DNA from: Octopus sinensis
Taxonomy: Eukaryota
Direction of reading: 5' to 3'
Assembly: GCF_006345805.1 (NCBI RefSeq)
Contig: NW_021832854.1
Coordinates: 31,922 to 95,921, forward strand
Length of the DNA: 64,000 nt
Of this stretch, positions 58,541-64,000 are shown piece after piece. A program made the translations under genes and the position numbers. Position 1 is the stretch's first letter. Every line of letters starts with the position of its first letter. The notes under the pieces are model-generated. The model did no database searches and had not been told where the DNA came from. It saw nothing but the letters and a program-made list of their open reading frames with translations.

Positions 58541-61034
58541 TGATCTTCTACATAGTCATGTCTGGGTATGGTGATATATTACCTTATTTGGAAACAGATG
58601 AAGATTAGCAATGGAAAAGGCATCCAGCTGTACAAAATCTGTTTGACCCATGTGATTGATGCACCATTTTCTATCATTAATAGAATTGTTGGATTTTTTT
58701 ATGAAAAAGGTATACTAGTGTAATTATGTTATATAATGCTTATCTTAATTTATGTTTTGAACACCAGTTTAATAACGACAGTGTTATTTTACTGAATTGT
58801 TCATTATTTTCAAAATTAATTGTAATAAATGAAACGTATTTCAACAGAAATATGGTAATGAAAGAGTTAAACAGTTAAAATTTAAGATTCAACAACTAAT
58901 ATGCTAATATGCAAACTATGAGCATAAGACAAATTTATCTGCATTTTTTAAATGATGTCTCAAGGATGTCTATTTCATGGATATCTTATATTACTGTCAC
59001 ACAGTTTTCGTGGTAGTCATTAAAATATGGTATCTCATTTGTTCACGATTAATCTGGAAAATTGGCTTGCATGTTAGATGCTGAAAATTGTAAATGAACC
59101 TTACTTACCCTAGTAAAGAACATATAACCAGACTATGGATTATATGAATAACAGGTGTCCCCATATCAGGAAACTATTGCATTCCTGAAAATCTTGCCAT
59201 AAAATATTTCCTTATAACATGGATGTCAACTGAAAATAGGTCTGCACACTACAGAATTCCACCAAATGGCAACATTTTTAGGACTGTAACATTTCCATAA
59301 TGTGTGGGATGCCTATAAACACATTATAGAGAAAACAAGACCCTCCAGCTGTTTTATGAATTACATTTACTATATTGTTAGGTATGTAGAGCCCAAAATT
59401 AAAAACATGAACATCTGCTAAAAAGAGTTATTATTTGGTAAAAAAAAATATATATCTATATTATAGAAAGAAAACACTTTGTAGACATACCATTTTACTG
59501 TGTTCAAAATTTGAGGGTACTGTCTGTTGAACAGCTAATACCAATGTATTCCCTGCTTTATTTCGTCATACAATGCTTTCTTTTGCAATATATATTCTGT
59601 AATTATTTTTTGCCAATTTTTTTAATATTAGATATAATCTTCTTAAATATAAACTTGCACATTCTTTGTATTGAGTGAACATGCCTAAAATGCTTTCCTA
59701 GTTAGGTGTTTGTCTTTGAGTAATGAATATGAATTAACAGTAGATGTTGAACATTTTCCTTTGACAAGCCTGAGAATGTTTTGCTAAAGATTGTTGAAAA
59801 CATTTTTCATTCAACAGATGATGCTGGTAATGAAAATAGCCCTTCTTGAGTCAACTTTTTGTGTTATAGTGTCTCACTACTAAGGAAATTAAGTACACAC
59901 AGCTGCTGGACACTGAATGAATTAACATGGAAAAAAAATTTTTTGTAGGCTTTTCTTCTAGCTCTTTTATATATGAAAACAAAAAGTGTACTTAATGCCA
60001 CTCAGTTGCTTGTTTTGCCATGAGCAGTTAGATGGTTTCATTGTCTCTTTCAACAAATGCATACCCTTTACTTACATTATTCATTTTATTTTTCTCAATC
60101 ATTTATACTGTTTGATTTGCTTATTCACTTAGTTGTGTGTATTCAAGGAAAGTGTTCAATTAATGGATAATGCCAGAGTCTATATTTCCATTTTTGTCTA
60201 TATTTTGTTTTTCTTTGTGGTTGAATGTATATGTGTTTTTATGTTCTTCCCAGTATATTGTTCTTACATAGGATATATTTCATCACTATAACTGCTACCA
60301 TGCTGAAAAGTATGGAAAGAGTGATGAAAGAACCTAACCTTTTGGATTATAATTAAGAGTTATTCATACTTCATTTCAACATTATGTCTAGGGGGTTTCA
60401 TTTGGATTAATTAACTACATTTGTAATATTTAAATATTGCCCACTATTTTAAATTCAAATTTTCATCATTGATCTCTACAGTTCAGAACTTTGATTAGTG
60501 GAATTAAATTATCTAGATATTTTTTTCATATTTATAACTCAGTAAACATTTAAGGTGTTATTTTCTGCCGGTGAGAAATTTGTAGGATGCAATTACTAAG
60601 GTTTTTTTATAGAAACTGTTTTGGTTTTTAAAGTTTTGTGTTATTTAACTTGCACTAACGTTTGTAATCAGTGATTTACCACTTCCCTTTGATGTGAACA
60701 TATAAACAACCTGTGGCTAAACATTAGCTCTGAAAGAAACAAACCTTTCTTCACACCACCTAACATGTTCAGTTAATTTACAGATTTCACATATTTCTCA
60801 CCCCTTTTGATGCAATAAGTCTCCAATTGTTGAAATTCTAACAAATCAACAAGGTTTTTGTATAGGTATAAAAACCATGTGTGCATGTGTATACATGCAG
60901 TTATTCTTTCAATCAAGTTGTGCATTCACATGTTTGGACATGTGTATCTAATTACAAACACACCTTTTAAAAGCAAGTTTGTTGAATTGGAATGATTTTG
61001 ACTTAATTTGTTATATTAACAGATTGTTGTTAGG

Positions 61035-61530
61035 TGGTTAATTGGCAGAATTGTTTTTGAGCTTCAGTGGCTTCTGATACTTCTTTTTACACTTTACATT
61101 CTGGGTTCATATCCAGGCATGATCATGTTTACCTTTCATCTAGCTGGGATCAATAAAATATAGGGCCAATGGTATCAACTTATGCTGTCCTCGCTCTTGT
61201 GCCTAAATGAAAACTTGATATTTATTTTTTAAAATATTCCACATAATTTTATTTTCTCTTTAATTCTGTATTATTAGCAGCAATTCTCACTGCCCTGCTG
61301 GTCAGTTGACCTGCCAGAAAAAGCAGCCAAGTTCCTCTTAAATCATACCCTACTATCTTAAAAATTATATGCAATCATAGCTGTCTGGTTGAGAAGTTCA
61401 TTTCCTAATTACATGGTTTGGGGTTTAATGCCATTTCACAGCATCTTGTGCTAGTGTTTTCTGCTATAGTTCCAAACCAACCAAAGCTTTGTGAGTGGAT
61501 TTGATTGATAGAAACTGAGGAAAAAGTCCA
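61035..61530 (+). mobile_element. Two degenerate SINE fragments (third family at about 61035-61215; CORE-SINE head at about 61385-61530)
   Basis: acattctgggttcatatcc...tttacctttcatc; and ttgtgagtggatttgattgatagaaactga. Confidence 0.55.
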
Positions 61531-62624
61531 TCATATATATATGTATGTACATGTTTATATTTGTTTACATATATACTTACTTGTTAGTACTTCTGTCAAT
61601 AAATTGTCTGCTCACTTCATGCTTTTGAAACCACTTGAAATAAAAGATCTCTTACTCAAAAAACCAGGTACAGGTGTCCAGTGGTAAAACAATGTCTCAG
61701 TAATGTATTCAGCTAACTTATGCTAGCATGGTAAAACATATGTAAAAGTGAACAAACAAATGAAAACTATACTGGATGATATAATCCTTTCTACCATAGG
61801 CACAAGACCTGAAATTTTGTGGGAGGGAGCTAGTCAATTACATTGACCCCAGTGGTACTTAATTTATTGATCCCAAAATGATAAGAGGCAAAATAATGTT
61901 AAATACATGGTGCCTGTAAAAAGAAAACGTGTCAGTCATTATTGAGCAGCTTTTAATCAGAATTGAGTCACTACTAGTCAACAATTACTAAGGAACATGT
62001 CTCTCTTCTGCTATTTCTTAAATTCTTCATTCAACTTTATCATATATTTCTATCATCATGTAATGTCGTACTCCTTATGTATTAAAGCAAAATTTTATAC
62101 CAGGAGCAACAATGAAAGTAATGGGTTGTATTAAGCATGAGATTAATGCTTATAAAATTATTTGGCTAGCATTAATGATTTTTTATATAATAAAAATTTA
62201 TGCTGCAACCTGAATTCTTTTACAGTTAAATAAGACTCTATTATACTTTTTATTCTTTTACTGATTTTAGTTATACTACGACCATGCTGGAGTGCCTATA
62301 TTTAAAGGGTCTAGTCAATTATATCAACTCCAATATTTAGTGTGGAATTAATTTTTTTATAAATTTATCAAATGGCTGAGTTAACCTGAGTTACATCATT
62401 TTAGATGGTTACTTCCTTTATAGAGCACAAGTAGAGATACCCAGTGTTGCTCAGGATTAAAATGGCATAGTTTTTTTTTTTGTTTTACTTGCTCTTTGTA
62501 AGCCTAGTACTTATTCTATCAGAGTATTTTGCCAAATGACTAAGATACAGGGACGTAGATACAGCAACATTTGTTGTCAAGCAATGGTGTGGGTACAAAC
62601 ACAGGCACATGCATAGAGGGGGAT

Positions 62625-63660
62625 ATAGCATCACATGACGTGGAAGACAACTGGAGGTTTCTATGGGACAACCTGCTGAGGGCCACTGACCAGATCTGTA
62701 GATGGTGCAGAGTACCTTCTCGACCCAAGGTAACGTGGTGGTGGAACAATGTTGTTGACAGGGCCATTAGGGAAAAGAGACAAGTTTGGAAGGACTGGAA
62801 GAATAGTGGGAGCAGGGAATTGTATCAGACTGCCAGAAGGGAAGCTAGGGGACAGGTTTAATTAGCCAGAGAGGAAACAGATAAAAATTTTCCAATGTTC
62901 TGCACCGTGAGGACCAAAGACTGGAGGTATTTCATGTTGCAAGACAGAGTGTGAGAGAGAATCATGATGCCGTAGGAGAGAAATGTGTCCGCATGCATGA
63001 TGGTTCACTTGCATTAAACGAGGTTGCAAAGAGAGCAGTTTGGAGATGCCACTATGAAAGGTTACTAAATAAAGAAAATGAATAGGAGAAAGAGAGTCTG
63101 CCAAATGCTGACACAACACAGGGACCAGCTTTCCGAATTGATAATATCTTGGTAGATAAAGCAATTAAGGGTAGGAAGACAGGGAAAGACCCCGACCCAT
63201 CAGCAATCACCGCAGAGATGTCAGCTATAGCCTAGTCACCCATATAGTTAACCAGGTGATACATGAATGAGTTACACCCAATGACTGGTGTAGCAGCACC
63301 ATAGCCAACTGCTACAAAAGTAAAGATGGTGCTTTAGATAAAAATAATTACAGAGGTATCAAGTTGTTGGATCAGGTAATGAAGGTTACAGAGAGGGTCA
63401 TAGCCCAACTAATGAGGGTGAGAGACAGTCTAGATGAGATGCAGCGTGGTCATTGTCAGAACCGTCTGACTAGCCTTTGTGCCGGTGGCACATAAAAGCA
63501 CCCACTACACACTCGGAGTGGTTCCTTTTAAGAAGGGCATCCAGCTTTAGAAACTTGGCCAGATCACATGGAGCCTGGTGCAGCCTTCTGACTCACCAAT
63601 CCTCAGTCAAACCGTCCAACCCATGCCAGCATGGTAAGAAGATGTTAAACAATGATAATG
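62625..63660 (+). mobile_element. Internally deleted RTE LINE fragment joined to a SINE remnant (62500-62620)
   Basis: VEDNWRFLWDNLLRATDQIC...TWWWN, then RGIKLLDQVMKV; jumps at about 63445 to the 3' UTR (gccggtggcacataaaagcacc...gaagggcatccagc...gcatgg...aacaatgataatg). Confidence 0.82.
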
Positions 63661-64000
63661 CGGATAACATACACAAAACCGGAGTAGCAAATAGACGCAG
63701 GAAAATTATTAACCATTTTTATTGCATTACCATGTGGATTCCTCATTCCATTACGATTACCCAGAAGGCGCGCATGGCAGAATTTTGGAGGGAAAATTTA
63801 CATTCCCAGTCGTTACTTAGTTTTAACATCTACGCACTTACCCCCACTATCTGATGTCGCTGGGTCAGAAGTGAGGGCCGGTGGCATTTGGTAAAGCTAT
63901 CGAATATAGCGCCGATGACGGAAATCAAACTACTTTTCTATGTTTGTGATCCAGAAACACATGTTCGTTATTAACAGTAAGTGACTGTTTGCGTCTATTT

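Noticed and set aside
63842-63887. Minus-strand mini exon ATG...MPPALTSDPATSDSG followed by GTAAGT
   Set aside because: Only 46 bp with no recognisable homology and no partner exons. It lies inside a probable MITE and could easily occur by chance.
50444-64000. Next HS2ST1 exon (expected FG...PIYIN..R.P..RLVSYYYFLR.GDD)
   Set aside because: I found no matching phase-2 exon by eye; it probably lies beyond the window. A translated search would be needed to exclude it.

Overview
This is eukaryotic, AT-rich DNA dense in microsatellites. Its SINE, RTE, Penelope and Helitron repeats match my recollection of coleoid cephalopod (Octopus) genomes; the species is an inference. The only host gene I can support is heparan sulfate 2-O-sulfotransferase (HS2ST1-like, + strand). 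Three short exons lie in the window (9531-9604, 44160-44330, 50358-50443) and splice in frame across introns of 34.6 kb and 6.0 kb; the first and later exons were not found here. The rest is intron filled with transposable elements: a hAT/Buster transposon, a near full-length L1/Tx1 LINE with a target-site duplication (TSD) in a (GA)n tract, two CR1-group LINEs, several RTE relics, a DD37D mariner, a Penelope-like element (PLE) with a minimal hammerhead motif, several Helitrons, MITEs and at least three tRNA-derived SINE families. There is no CRISPR array, rRNA or bona fide tRNA gene. Best leads: (1) a 1.03-kb foldback insertion with a 13-bp TSD, carrying outward-facing tRNA-like Pol III cassettes and hammerhead-like cores in both arms; (2) a SINE/LINE pair whose 3' stem-loops show compensatory base changes; (3) the (TC)n-targeted Tx1 LINE; (4) the PLE hammerhead. 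I cannot establish from sequence alone that any of these is undescribed.
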